Below are positions 18,699 through 31,269 of a stretch of DNA of 64,000 nucleotides, one piece after another (within the stretch, counting starts at the first letter, position 1; the number at the start of each line of letters is the position of its first letter). Under the pieces are notes generated by a model. The model saw nothing but the letters and a program-made list of their open reading frames with translations. It had not been told where the DNA came from and searched no databases. Source of the stretch: an uncultured Gemmatimonadaceae bacterium (lineage in GTDB: Bacteria; Gemmatimonadota; Gemmatimonadetes; Gemmatimonadales; Gemmatimonadaceae); the NCBI GenBank assembly GCA_963751275.1, contig CAVVTZ010000009.1:1-64000 (forward strand), given 5' to 3'. The translations under genes and the position numbers were made by a program.

Positions 18699-20608
18699 TG
18701 GTCGTTGGTCGCTTGCCGACCACCCAGAGTGTGTACAGCGCCGCGACCGTGACCAACTGGGGAATGAACGTCTCCCACGTCGCGTAGATGCCGAGCAGGT
18801 CCGAGCTCCAGTGCCACCAGGTGCTCGTGACCGGGAGGATGCCGGTCTCCTGCAGCGAATGCAGGCCTTTGCCCACGAGGATGACCGCGAGCACCGCCAT
18901 CAACAGCGATGAGATCGTGAAGATGCGGCGGATCGGGATGCGCGCGCTGTACTTGAGCAGCGCCCACGACAGGCCGAAGAGCAGCGCGAACGACGTGAGC
19001 ACGCCGAACGTCATCGCGGTGGTGCCGGCGGCGCCGCCTTCGAGCGTGATGGCGCGCAGGAAGAGCACGCACTCGAACGCTTCGCGGAAGAGCGCCATGA
19101 ACGCGATCGTGAACAGCACCCACAGCTTCTTCCCCTCGAGCGCGGAGCGCACCTGCACGTCCAGGAAGTGCCGCCAGCGCGTGATCTCGGTGCGGCTGTG
19201 CAGCCAGAATCCGACGTACAGCAGCACCGCGACGGCGAGCAGCGACGTGATCCCCTCGAGCAGCTCGCGCTGCACGCCGCTGATCGCCATCAGCCAGCCG
19301 GAGAGGAACCACGCGACGACACCGGCGGCGAGCGCCGTGAGCCATCCGCCGTGCACCCACCATTCGGCCGTGGTGTCTTGCGCGGCGCGGATCACGGCGA
19401 GCAGCGCGATGAGGATGAGCACCGCCTCGAATCCCTCGCGCAGGAGGATGCCGGTGGTGAGCACGAAGGTCACCCACGGGCCCGACGCGTGCGCGGCGAG
19501 GCGCTCGCCGGCGGCGTCGATGGCGCGGTCCGCCGCGGCTACGGCGCCGCTCACGCGCGCGGCCGGCTGCTTGCCTTCGATGGCGGCGCGCACATCCGCC
19601 ATCTTGCCCTCGAGCTCCTCCGTGAACACCCGGTCGTTCGCGCGGAGGCGCGGTTCCACCGGCTCGATCCCCTCGAGATACGCGCGCAACGCGGCGTTCT
19701 TCGCGGCGGCGGGATCGCCGGCGGCGTACGCCGCATCCGCGATCGCGAGCTGCGCGCGGGCGACCGCGAGCGGGTCATCGGCGGCCGCGCCGCTCGAGTG
19801 CAGGCGCAGCGCCGCGATGCGCGACCGTCGTGCCGCGGTATCGCCGGGCAGCGTGAGCATGAGCGCGCTGTCCGAGTGCGTCGCGATCATCGCGAGGTCG
19901 GCGGCGGTCACCGGCGCGGCCGCGTCGCCGGCGCCCGCGACGTGCATCGACGTGACGTAGAAGGCGAGATCCCATGCGTCGTCGTCGTTGAGCTCGGGGT
20001 GCGCGGCCATTCGGCGTCTTCGGGAGCCCCACGCGGATCGCGTTGAACGCGCGGAAGGGGGTGATCCCGTTCGCGCTCGCGGGGCTCAGGAAGTTCACGG
20101 GCTTGGGATCGAGCGCGGCGGCAGCGGGACCGTCGCCCGCGCCGCGGGGGCCGTGGCACGATGCGCAGCTCTGCGCGTAGAGCGCGCGCCCGCGCTCGAG
20201 ACTCGGCCATCGCGCGGGCGCTTGGGCGATCGCGGAGCGCAGCACGATGCGCTGGCGGAGATCGAGCGCGGCGGCGGAGACCTGGGCGGCGCTCGCCTTG
20301 CCGTCGATGAGCGCGTTGAGCGAGCGCAGGCCGGCGACGAGGCCGGTGTCATCGCGGATCTCCGGGACCGCCGATCCGATCGAGAGCGCGGACCGGGCGA
20401 ATTCGACCTGCTCCTGGTATTCGGAGGCGCTCGTGACCGCGCCGTTCGAGACGGCGCCGGCGTAGTCGCGCGCGAGGTAGTCGAGGAGATTGACCACGAC
20501 GCGCGCGGAGCTGTCGCCGGCCTGACCGCCGGCGGCGGGCGTGATCGCGAATGTGAAGAAGATGAAGGCGAGCCAACGAATGGCTCGGGGAAGGCGCAGA
20601 CGTCTCAT
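18688..20608 (-). CDS. Cytochrome c/FTR1-family iron permease (indel near 20011)
   Basis: LLDYLARDY, CASCHG heme motif, YLEGIEPVE, REGFE and REAFE motifs. Confidence 0.92.
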
Positions 20609-20637
20609 CCGGCTGATACCGTGCTCTCTGGAGCGAT

Positions 20638-20687
20638 GTTGAGAATCGTTCTCATTTGTCGATAGAAAGATAATGCGAGCGATTCTC
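20638..20687. promoter_or_regulatory. Fur-box-like operators upstream of FTR1
   Basis: TGAGAAT-C-GTTCTCA 7-1-7 inverted repeat (20640-20654) and GATAATGCGAGCGATTCTC (20669-20687) in an AT-rich patch. Confidence 0.7.
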
Positions 20688-20771
20688 TCCCGAAAGAACT
20701 CGGACGCACGTTAGAACGCGCTAAGTGTCGATGGGAGCGAAACGTCGGCGCTCTCAAGGCGTCTTTAGCGT

Positions 20772-23547
20772 ATGGCAACGGGTGAACACCCAGCGAGCCG
20801 CTGGGCGCGAGCGCGCGTGTGGATAACAGACTGGGGGAACGCGCTCGCCGTTCTCCTGGTGATCTATTGCGCCGGCTACATCTCCTTCCAGCTGAGCCAC
20901 CGCGGAAGCGAGACGCTCCGGTTCGTCGCCGCGCATCTCGCGTACATCCCACTGAACCTCGGCACCGCGGTGCTGGCGTTCCGCGCGGCATCGCGCGCGG
21001 CCACCGACCGCCGGATCCGCCGCTCCCTCGCGCTGTTCGGATTGTGCTTCGCGCTCGTGAGCGTCTCGAACGTGCTGCTCTTCTACATTGGCGTCGTGCG
21101 CGACGGCGATGCGCTGAATTCATGGGTGAATCTGGTGGCGCTCAGCTGCTACCTCATCGCGCTCGTGGCGTTCCTGTCGCTGCCGATGGCCCGGCGCGTG
21201 GAGGGGGAGTACTGGAAGTTCGTGCTCGACGCGGCCGTCGTCATGGTGGGCGGCGGGCTCGCGATGTGGTTCTTCGTCTTCGACCAGAGTCTGGACTGGA
21301 CCACGGGCGGCAACACGGGGCGCGCGATCGCGCTCGCGTACCCGCTGCTGTCGCTGCTGCTGTTCTTCGGCGTCGTGACGGTGATCCTGCGGCGTCCGGC
21401 GGACATCAAGCGCTGGGCGCCCGGGCTCCTCTTCGTCGGGTTCCTGCTCTTCCTGATGGCCGACTTCGCGAACGACATCGTGGTGCAGGATGTGGGGTTC
21501 TACGCGATCGGCTGGTTCGACTACATGTACATCGCGACCTATTGCCTGATCCTGTGGAGCTTCCGGCAATACTACTGGCGCGTGCCGGAGGTCCGGACGC
21601 AGCCGGAGATCGAGTCGCCGATCGCGCAGCCGCAGAGTCCGCTGCCGTACGCGGCCATCGCGGTCACGTACGGCCTGGTGCTCTGGGCGGCGGCGCGCGA
21701 ATGGCCGCGCCAGATCGCCGTGCTCACGGTGGGCGCCGCGATCGTCGCGCTGTTCGTGCTGCTGCGGCAGATCCTGGCGGTGCGCGAGAACGTCCGCCTG
21801 CTCGACGAACGCGCCGCCCGCGAGACGGAGCGCCGCCTCAGCGCGCTGGTGCAGCGCTCGTCGGACGTCATCGCGATCGTGGACCCACGCGGCATGCTGC
21901 GCTACACGAGTCCGTCGGTCACCCGCAATTTCGGCTACGCGCCCACGGAGCTCGACGGCGTGAACATGATGGACCTGATCCATCCTGACGACCAAGCGCA
22001 CGCCACGGGCCACTTCGCCGAGGCGCTCAAGCCGCACGCGGCGCTCGCGCCCGTGGAGTGGCGCGGCCGGCACGCGGACGGCAGCTGGCGCACGATCGAG
22101 GTGTCCTTCACGAACCTGATGGACGAGCCGTCGGTGCGGGGCATCGTCGTGAACGCGCGCGACGTGAGCGACCGCAAGGCGCTGCAGGCGCAGCTCACGC
22201 ACCAGGCGTTCCACGATCAGCTCACCGGTCTCGCGAATCGCTCGCTCTTCCTCGACCGGGTGACGCACGCGCTCACGCTCGCGCGGCGCCACCAGCAGAA
22301 GCTCGCGCTGATCTTCCTCGACATCGACAACTTCAAGACGGTGAACGACAGCCTGGGCCACGGGGTGGGCGACCGGCTGCTCACGATCGCCGCGCAGCGG
22401 CTGCTCGCGAGCGTGCGCACGGCCGACACCGTCGCGCGGCTGGGCGGCGACGAGTTCGCGGTGCTGCTCGAGGACGCGGAGCACGATTCGGGCGCGATCG
22501 CCGTGGTGGAGCGCATCGTGCACGCGCTGCGCCACCCGTTCTCGCTCGACGGCCGCGAGGTGTTCGCGACCGCCAGCATCGGCGTCGGCGATCGCCGGCG
22601 AGGAGGAGACCTCGTCGGACCTCGTGCGCAACGCCGACATGGCCATGTACCTCGCCAAGCGCGACGGGAAGGCGCGCTACCAGATCTTCGAACCGCAGAT
22701 GCACACGCAGGCGCTCGAGCGCCTCGAGCTGGAAGCGGACATGCGGCGCGCGATCGACCGCGAGGAGTTCGTGGTGCACTACCAACCGATCGTGCTGCTG
22801 CACACCGGCGAGATCACCGGCGTCGAAGCGCTCGTGCGCTGGCAGCATCCGCGGAAGGGGATGATCGGTCCGCCGCTGTTCATCCCGATCGCCGAGGAGA
22901 CGGGGCTGATCGTGCCGCTGGGGCGCTGGGTGGTGCGCGACGCGTGCCGCCAGGCGCAGCGCTGGCAGACCATGCGCGGCGTGCCGCTCACGCTCACGGT
23001 GAACATCTCCGGTTACCAGCTGCAAGGCGAATCGGTGGTGGACGACGTGCGCGGCGCGCTCGCCGACAGCGGCCTCGACCCGCGACAGCTCGTGCTCGAG
23101 ATCACGGAAAGCGTGCTGATGCAGCACAACGAGGTGCTGCTCGAGCGGCTGCGCGCGCTCAAGGCGATCGGGGTGCGGCTCGCGATCGACGACTTCGGCA
23201 CGGGCTACTCCTCGCTCGGCTACCTGCAGCGCTTCCCGATCGACATCCTCAAGATCGACAAGTCGTTCGTGGACAACGTGGGGATGACCGGCGGCGAGCC
23301 GGCGCTCGCGCGCGCGGTGATCGCGCTGGGCGAGACGCTGCGGCTGCAGACCATTGCCGAGGGGATCGAGCAGCGCCGGCAATTGAGCGGACTGCAGGAG
23401 CTCGGCTGCGAGATGGGGCAGGGGTACTACTTCGCGCGGCCGGTGGCGGCGTCGGCGATCGACGCGATCCTCGCGGGGGAGAGCGGGACGATCAGCGTGC
23501 CGCCGTACGAAAGGTTGGTCACCAGGCGCGAGGGCGCGGCCAGCTGA
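20772..23547 (+). CDS. Membrane sensor-PAS-GGDEF-EAL c-di-GMP enzyme (indel near 22587)
   Basis: Multi-TM N-terminus, PAS (IHPDD), HDQLTGLANR, RLGGDEF, EALVRW, DDFGTGYSSL. Confidence 0.93.
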
Positions 23548-23550
23548 CGG

Positions 23551-25650
23551 TCAGCGGGCGACGTTAGCCGTTCGAACGGCCACCGCCTTCGCTGCTGCGA
23601 TGCCGCTTTCGACGGCCGACTCGATGCAGCCGGCGTTCCATTCGCCGTGGGTCCAGTCGCCGGCGAGGATGAGGTTCGGGAGTCCCGAGCCGTCCGCCTT
23701 CAACCGTTTGAACGAGCCGCCCGCCGCCGAGAGCACGTAGCGCTCGGTGGGATCGATGTTGGCGCGGATGTATTGCGCGTCGAGGCGCTCGGGTCCGGCG
23801 GGGCGGCCGGGCGCGCGGAGCAGCGACCAGTCGAACATGTCGTCGCGCACGCTCACCGGCCAGATCGCGCCGGCGTTCGCCTCGAGCCAGCTGCGCGTGA
23901 GCGACGTCGCGGCCGCCTTCCCCTTCACCGGGAAATCCTTGTCCCGCGGCAGGCCGTTCGCCCACGACTCGTCGAGCGGGCCGCACAGATAGTGCAGGCT
24001 CCTGGGCGGATCGTCGGTCCACTTCTCGCGCGCGAGGATGTCGGTGCGGTCGGCCCACACATCCAGCGGCTCGGGCCCCGCGTCGATCGGCACGGCGCCG
24101 TGCTTCCAGCCCAGCTCGTCGAGGGTGCGCGTCATCCAGAGCTGTGCGCCGACGGTCTCGACGGTGACGAGTGCGTCGAACATCGCGCCCCACTGCGGCA
24201 GCGGGCCGCGGAACTCCGCGCAGATCGACTTCACCTCTTCCACCGAGATGCCGAGCACGACCACGTCGTAATCATTGCCGGCGCGGATCATCGCCTCGCC
24301 CGACGCCGGGCCAGCCGCTCCACTTGGATTCCAGGTCGTAGCCGCGCAGCGCGCCGCCGTTCTCGAGCAACTCGTACTTCGGTTCGTCCGGCCAGCACAT
24401 GAGGCTCTCGATGCCGTTCGCCGGGCAGTCGAGCTTGAACAGCGGATCGTACTCGCCGCCGCCGAGGACGTTCGCCTGCTTGGTGAAATGCACGGCGGCC
24501 AGCGACTTCGCATCCGGCGCGAGCTCCAGTCGCGTGGCCTGATGGAAGAACTGGAACTTCACGCCTTGCTGCTTGAGGTACTGGTAGACCGGTGCGATCA
24601 CGACCTCGCCCATGCCGGCGCGCATCTCGTACACGACGTAGTCGGGATATTCCGAGACGATGCGCAGCACGGTGACGAGCGCGGCGCCGGCGGCGAAGTT
24701 GGCCGTCTCCCAGCTCACTTTGCCGCCCGGGTACGCGAAGCAGAGGTCGTAGAGCCCGCGCATTGGCGCGGACGTGAGCGTTTCCTCGCGCGCGCCGTGG
24801 CGCTTGAACCAGGCGCGGATGTCCTCGGCGTCGAGCGGGTCGAAGCCGTGGATGATGACGAGATCGCGCGCCATGCCAATGAGCGCCGTGATCGCGAGGT
24901 CGAGCATGATCGCGTCGCGGCGGATGTCGTCGTCGAGCGCGCCGATGGGCGTCGGATCGCCGAGCAGGAGCGCGCGGACGCCCTCGGCGGCGATGACGAT
25001 GCCGCGGTGCGGGTCCTTCGCATTGGCGTCGCTGTCCACGATCTGCTTGAGGAACTCCTCGTACGCGCGGGCGTGACGCTCGAGGTCGGCGATGGCGCCG
25101 GCGGTGTCGTCGAAGATGCGGCGGAAGAAGTTCTCGTGCGGCGTGTTGGCGCCGGGGACATTGCCTTCGCGTGGCCGATGAAGCGCTTGGCCGTGTCGTA
25201 GAGGAAATCCCAGATCACGCGCATGTAGCCGAGCACTTCCTTCTCGATGGACTCATTGCCGAGCGTGCCGTACTTCCGCGGGAAGGAGATGGGCCACACC
25301 TTCCACCCATTCACGTTCTCCATGTACGGGGTGTCGGTTTGTCCCTGGAAGAGCTTCATCAGGTCGGGGCCGCGGCCGAGCGCGTCGTAGCAGCGCTGCA
25401 GGAGGCGCCACGCGTCGTCGTAGCAGCCGAACCACACATGCAGCCCGTGCTCCTCGATGCGCATGCCCATCCCGGGCGCGCGGTCGCGCCCGCTGGCGCC
25501 TTTGCCGCCGACGCGCCAGCCGAGCTGGTACACGGTGATGTCGTAGCGGTCGGCGGCGCCGGGCTCGCGCACGAGCTCGGCGGCGGCGGAGAGGGAAGCC
25601 ATGCCGCCGCCGAGGATGGCGACGCGCGTGCGTTTCACGGGAGCGCTCAT
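23551..25650 (-). CDS. FAD/NAD(P)-binding oxidoreductase, amine oxidase/carotene desaturase-like (indels near 25165 and 24295)
   Basis: VAILGGGMASLSAA, GWRVGGKGASGR, IEEHGLHVWFGCY, NLILAGDW...GCIESAVESG. Confidence 0.88.
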
Positions 25651-25683
25651 GCGCGAAGATAGACGGCGCCGCGGGCGCTGTCG

Positions 25684-28600
25684 ATGCGGGCGTTGAGCGG
25701 AGAGCGCGAGGGCTGGTTCCCGCGCGCCCTGCTCGCGCGTGCGGCGGCGGCGCCGCCGGCGGGCGGACGGTTCGCGTGCGCGGTGATGCTGGCGGACGTG
25801 AGCGGGTTCACGGCGCTCACGGAGCGGCTGGCGGAGCGCGGGCCGGCGGGCGCGGAGCGGCTCACCGAACTGCTCAACGCGCGCTTCGGCGGGATCATCG
25901 AAGCGATCATCGCGCACGGCGGCGACATCACGCACTTCGCCGGCGACGCGATCGTCGCGGTGTGGCCGGCGGACGGCACGCGGGATCCCGGCGGGCACGC
26001 GCGGCGCGCGCACGCGTGCGCGCGCGCGGTGCAGTCGCTGCCCGCGGCGGCGGCGGAGGACGCGGCCCCGCTGCGCGTGCGCGTGGGACTCGCGGCGGGC
26101 GACGCGTGGTGGGCGATCCTCGGCGGCGACGATGAGCGGGTGTTCGTGGTGGGCGGCGCGCCGGTGGCCGAGGCGGGCGCGGCGGCGGCGAACGGCGCGC
26201 CCGGCGCGGTGACCGTGAGCGCCGGGAGTGCGGCGGCCTTCGCGGCGGGCGGCGGCGCGATGGGTCCGGGGCCGGAGCACGAACTTCCCGCGCGCGATGC
26301 GCGGGCGGACCGGCTCGACGCGTTCCTGCCGGCGCCCCTGCGCCGGCGGCTCGCCGCGGGCGAGCAGTGGCTGGCGGAGTTCCGCCGGGTCACCGTGCTC
26401 TTCGCCTCGTTCGGCGGCGCGGAGTTCGCGAGTCCCGAGCGATTGGCGGACGCGCAGGGCGCGGTGCTCGCGGCGCAGGCGGTGGTCGCGCGCTTCGACG
26501 GGAGCATACACCAGCTGGTGGCCGATGGACCGGGCGCGACGCTCATCGCCGCGTGGGGGCTGCCCCAGCTCACGCACGAGGATGACGCGCGGCGTGGCGC
26601 CGAGGCGGCGATGGCGATCGAGCGCGAGCTGGCCGCGCGCGGCATGCCGTGCGCGATCGGCGTGACGACGGGGCGCGTGTTCTGCGGCGTGCGCGGGAAC
26701 GCCGCGCGCCGCGAGTGGGCGATGCTTGGCGATACGATGAATCTCGCGGCGCGCCTCATGCGCGCCGCCGTGCGCGGCGTACTGTGCGACGAAGAGACCG
26801 CCGCCGCCGCGCGGGCGCGGATCGCGTTCACCGCGGTGCCGCCGGTGACGGTGAAGGGGAAGTCGCGGCCGGTGCCGGCGTTCCGCCCGTCGGGTGAGGC
26901 GGCCGCCGGCGCCCCCGTGCGCGCGGCGGCGGCGCTCGTGGGCCGCGACACCGAGGCGGCCCGGATCGCCGCGCGGCTCGGCGATCTCGTGTCGCGCCGC
27001 GCCGGCGGCGTGCTGATCCTCGAAGGCGAGGCGGGGATCGGGAAGTCGGAGCTGCTCGCGATGGCGGAGGCGAGCGCGGCGGAGGCGGGCGCCGTCGTGG
27101 CCCGCGGCAACGCCGACGCGATCGAGAACGCGACCGCGTACTTCGTGTGGCGCGCCGTGCTCGCGCAGCTGATCGCCGCCGCCGGCGGCGTGACCGCCGC
27201 ACTGGGAGATGCGGCGCTGATGGAGCGCGCGCCGCTGCTGAACGACATTCTCGCGCTCGACCTGCCCGAGACCGCGGTGACCGCCGCCATGGAACCGCAG
27301 GGGCGCGCCGATGCGCTGCGCGATCTCGTCGCGGCGATCGTGCGGCGGAGCGCGGCGCGCGCGCCGCTGCTCGTGGTGCTCGATGACGCGCACTGGTTCG
27401 ACTCGGCGAGCTGGGCCATGGCCGCGGCGGCGGCGCGGCTGGCGCCGCAGGCGCTGTTCCTCATCGCGACGCGGCCGGTGATGGAGCCCCAGCCGCCGGC
27501 GTACCGGCAGCTGGTCGCCGCGGGTGCGGAACGGATGACGGTGCCGCCGCTCGCGCCCGCCGATGCGCTCGCGCTCGTGCGGCGCCGGCTGCAGGTGGAC
27601 GTGCTGCCGCGCGCGGCGGAGACGGTGATCGGCGAGAAGGCGCAGGGGAATCCGTTCTTCAGCGAGCAGCTCGCGCTGTCGCTGCGCGACGGCGGACTGC
27701 TCGTGATCGAGGGGCGCACGTGCCGGCTCGCGCCGCACGCCGGCGACCTGCGCGACATCGCGCTGCCCGACACGGTGCAGGGCGCGATCTCCGGGCGCCT
27801 CGACCGCCTCGATGCGCCCGAGCAGCTCACGCTCAAAGTGGCCAGCGTGATCGGACGCGTGTTCCCTTTCCGGACGCTGAGCGCGTTGTACCCGGAGGAG
27901 CCGGTGCGGCCGTCGCTGCGACGGCATTCGGAGCACCTCACCGAGATCGACCTCACGCGCGTGGACGCGCCGGAGCCGGCCCTGGCGCACCTGTTCACGC
28001 ACGTGATCACGCAGCAGGTGGCGTACGACCTGATGAGCTTCGCGCAGCGGCGCGAACTGCACCGCGCGCTCGCGCTCTGGTACGAGACCGAGTACCAGAG
28101 CGGCCTCGCGCCGTACTACCCGTTGCTCGCGCACCACTGGGCGGCCGCCGGGCAGCCGGCGCCGGCGGTGCGCTACTTGTCGAGCGCGGCGACGCAGGCG
28201 CTCGAGCGGTTCGCCAACGAAGAAGTCGTGCGCTTCGTTCGCGACGCGCGCGCGCTCGCCGCGAGCGGCCGCCTCGACGTCGATGATGCGCAACGCTCGG
28301 TGTGGGAACTGCAGGAAGGCGAGGCCCTGCTCAAGCTCGCGCGCTACGCCGAGAGCCGCACGCACTTCCTGGAATCGCTCCGTCTCCTGGGCCGGCCGGT
28401 GCCGCGATCACGCGCGCGATTGGCCTGGCGCATCGCCGCGGAATCGGCGCGGCAGGCGGCGCGGCGGATGAGGGATCGCCGCGGCAGTGCCTCGTCCCGC
28501 GGCGAGTCCCGGGTCCCGAGCCCCGCGCAGTCACAATCGCTCCAGGCCGCGCACGTGCACCAACGCCTCGCCGAGGTGGGGTATTGGGACCACGACATCC

Positions 28601-29546
28601 TCACGCTGGTGCACAGCGCCGTCACGTCGCTCAACTACGCCGAGCCGGCGGGCGAATCGCGCCAACTGCATTCGCGCACCACGTGCTCGGCTTCGTCGGC
28701 GGGCTGGCGGGATCGCGCGCGATGTTCGACCGCTACCGCCGGCGCGCTCGCGCGGTGGGGGCGCGCACGGGGCACGTCGAGACGGCGGCGTTCTGCGCCC
28801 AGCTCGATGCGATCTACTTCAACGGCCAGGCGCGCTGGGCGGAGATGCATGAGGCCGCACAGCGCGCGGGCGCGATGTTCGAGCGGATCGGCGAGCGCTT
28901 CCGCTGGCAGACGTGCGTGGTGCTGCGTGCGTGGGGGACGCTCCATCAGGGCGATGTGGCCGGCGCGCGCGCGCTGTTCGAGGACGCGGGCCGGATGGTT
29001 GGTGCGGAGGGCCCCACACAGGTGCAGGCGTGGAGCACCGCGGGGCTGCTCGCGGTGGAGCTCCAGGAGGACGGTCGCGCGTCGCCCGGCCGCGTGAGCG
29101 CGCTCGAAGCGCTGCTCGCGAACGGCGTGGACCACAGCGATGCGATCATGTGCCTGGGTGAGCTCTCGCTCGCGTACTACCGCGCCGGCGACCTCGAGCG
29201 CGCACTGGACCGCGCGGCGCGCGCGACGAAGTTGATCGACAAGTTCCCTCCGGCGTCGTTCCACACGCTGCTCGGCACCGCGGGCGTGGCGGAGGTCCGC
29301 ACCGCCGAATGGGCGCGCACGCACTCGAGCGCGGATCGCGCCGCCGCGCGCCATGCGGTGCGCGGCCTCACACGGTTCGCGTCCGCGTGCCCGATCGGCC
29401 TCCCCTACGCGTGGCTCGCGCGCGCCGGGCTCGCGCGCGCCGCCGGCCGCGCGCGCGCGGTCACGCGCTATCGCGATCGCGCCGCGAGGGAGGCGTCGCG
29501 CCTCGGGATGTCCGTCAGCCGGGCGCCGGGCGACGGCAGCCCGTGA
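25684..29546 (+). CDS. sAC-like tandem class III nucleotidyl cyclase + STAND AAA ATPase + TPR-like region (indel near 28670)
   Basis: ADVSGFT..FAGDA, GDTMNLAARLM, Walker A GEAGIGKS, Walker B VVLDDAHW, GNPFF, helical C-terminus. Confidence 0.9.
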
Positions 29547-31202
29547 TTACTTGGTGGCGCCGCTCCACGCGCGGCCGAGCGCCCACTCGAGCTTGTCGAA
29601 TTCGATGAAGGGCCACAGCTCGGGCGGCACCGGCAGCGGCCAGAGCTGGCACGGCACGGCTTTCACTCCCGCGGCGGTGATGAGCGCGTTCACGCCGCGC
29701 CGGGCCGCTTCGTTCGCGGCTTCCATGGTCGCGAGGTTCGTGTAGGTGCGCACGTAGTCGCTCGCGAGCACGAAGTTCGGGATCGCGGTCTTCGCCTCGG
29801 GGCGGTACTTCCACGATCCCACCTCGTTCACGAAGAGGCGGCTGTCGTTGCTCACCGGGGTCGGAGCGAAGACCATCCCGGGATCGATGAAGAAGCGCGG
29901 ATGCTGCTCCGGCAGCGGGCACGTGCCGTCGGGCTGGATGAGGCTGCGCCGCATCTGCGTCCAGACGTCCTGCGCGACCTGATCCTTGGTGCACTCGCGC
30001 GCGGTGAGATTCTTCCCCTTGGGGCCGGGGAAGCAGAGGCCGGGCTCATCCCACTCGGAGATGTCGATCGAGAGGATGCCGCGCGCCGTGCCGTCGCCCA
30101 GTTTCGCGAAATCGACGCGCGGCCAGAACTGGTGCTGCGAGATGCCGGTGAGCGCCCACGGCGAATCGATCATCGACATGTGGCCGTTCACGAGCGGCAC
30201 ATTGGTCTCGAGGTAGAACTGGATGCCGGTCATGTCGTACACGTTGCCGGCGATCTTGAGGATGCCGGCGAGCGCGGGGTCGGCGCTCAGGATCTCCTTC
30301 GTGAGCAGCGGCGCGGTGTACTCGACTGGCAGGGCGCACACGTAGTAATCGCCGCGGTGCACCACCGCCTCCGCGCCGGGCGCGGCCTTCGCGGTGAATC
30401 CGGTGATGCGCTTGCCATCGCAGCCGATGCCGGTGATCTCGGTGCCGAAATGGAAGGTCACGCCGCGGCTCATGAGATAGTCGCGCCACGGGTGGATCCA
30501 CACCTCGCTCGTGGGGCCGTCGAGCACGCGGTCGAAGCTCGGGTCGCTGCTGAACGAGCCGTAGATGAGCTGCGTCATGACCACGCCGCCCGCGCGCACG
30601 TTCGCGACGCGCGCCTTGGCGGCGACGAGACAGCGCGTGACGCCCTCGACGAACCAGTGCACGAAGGCCGGCGACCGGTTCTTCGCGTCCATGAAGTTCC
30701 ACCAGCTCTCGTTCTCGTACTCATCCAGCGCGCGCTCGGGGCAGCAGGTCATGAGGCGCCAAACGCGGTCGGCGAAGAACAGATAGTCGTCCTCGACGAG
30801 GCCGGTGTGCTCGTCGGTGAACATGAGCCGGATCGCCGCCTCGATCTCGGCGCGCGTGCGCGGGATGTGCGCGGGGAAGGTGATGGGCGGATAGTCGAAG
30901 CGCGCAAGCATCTCGTTGCTCGCGTAGACGAGCTGGTCCACCGCGGTCCCCGTGCCCACGGGGATGCGCGACATCGTGTCGATGATGTGGCGATAGAAGT
31001 GCGGGAAGAAGCGGAAGCCGTGCTCCCCGGGGAGCGGCGCGTTGGGCGGCACCGCGGAATCGGGCACGCTCATGCTGCGCGCCTTGCCGCCGGGCACGGC
31101 GCGCTTCTCGATGACGGTCACGTCGAAGCCGCGTTCGACGAGCTCGTGCGCGGCACTCAGCCCGCCGACGCCGCCGCCGAGGATGATGACAGAGGGAGTC
31201 AT
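29547..31202 (-). CDS. FAD-dependent oxidoreductase (phytoene/hydroxysqualene dehydrogenase-like)
   Basis: IILGGGVGGLSAAHEL, GGKARS, PGEHGFRFFP, LASDYVRT..NLATMEAANEAARR. Confidence 0.9.
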   Translation of the reverse strand: MTPSVIILGGGVGGLSAAHELVERGFDVTVIEKRAVPGGKARSMSVPDSAVPPNAPLPGEHGFRFFPHFYRHIIDTMSRIPVGTGTAVDQLVYASNEMLARFDYPPITFPAHIPRTRAEIEAAIRLMFTDEHTGLVEDDYLFFADRVWRLMTCCPERALDEYENESWWNFMDAKNRSPAFVHWFVEGVTRCLVAAKARVANVRAGGVVMTQLIYGSFSSDPSFDRVLDGPTSEVWIHPWRDYLMSRGVTFHFGTEITGIGCDGKRITGFTAKAAPGAEAVVHRGDYYVCALPVEYTAPLLTKEILSADPALAGILKIAGNVYDMTGIQFYLETNVPLVNGHMSMIDSPWALTGISQHQFWPRVDFAKLGDGTARGILSIDISEWDEPGLCFPGPKGKNLTARECTKDQVAQDVWTQMRRSLIQPDGTCPLPEQHPRFFIDPGMVFAPTPVSNDSRLFVNEVGSWKYRPEAKTAIPNFVLASDYVRTYTNLATMEAANEAARRGVNALITAAGVKAVPCQLWPLPVPPELWPFIEFDKLEWALGRAWSGATK

Positions 31203-31269
31203 GGGCGGAGGATGTAGCTCCGGGGAGCGGCGGGAAGCAAGCGCGGCGTGGGCGCGGACGGCTCGCGCC

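Noticed and set aside
17882..18912. Repetitive-peptide ORFs across the array
   Set aside because: Translations of a 58-bp DNA repeat cycling through frames; no RBS or protein-like features
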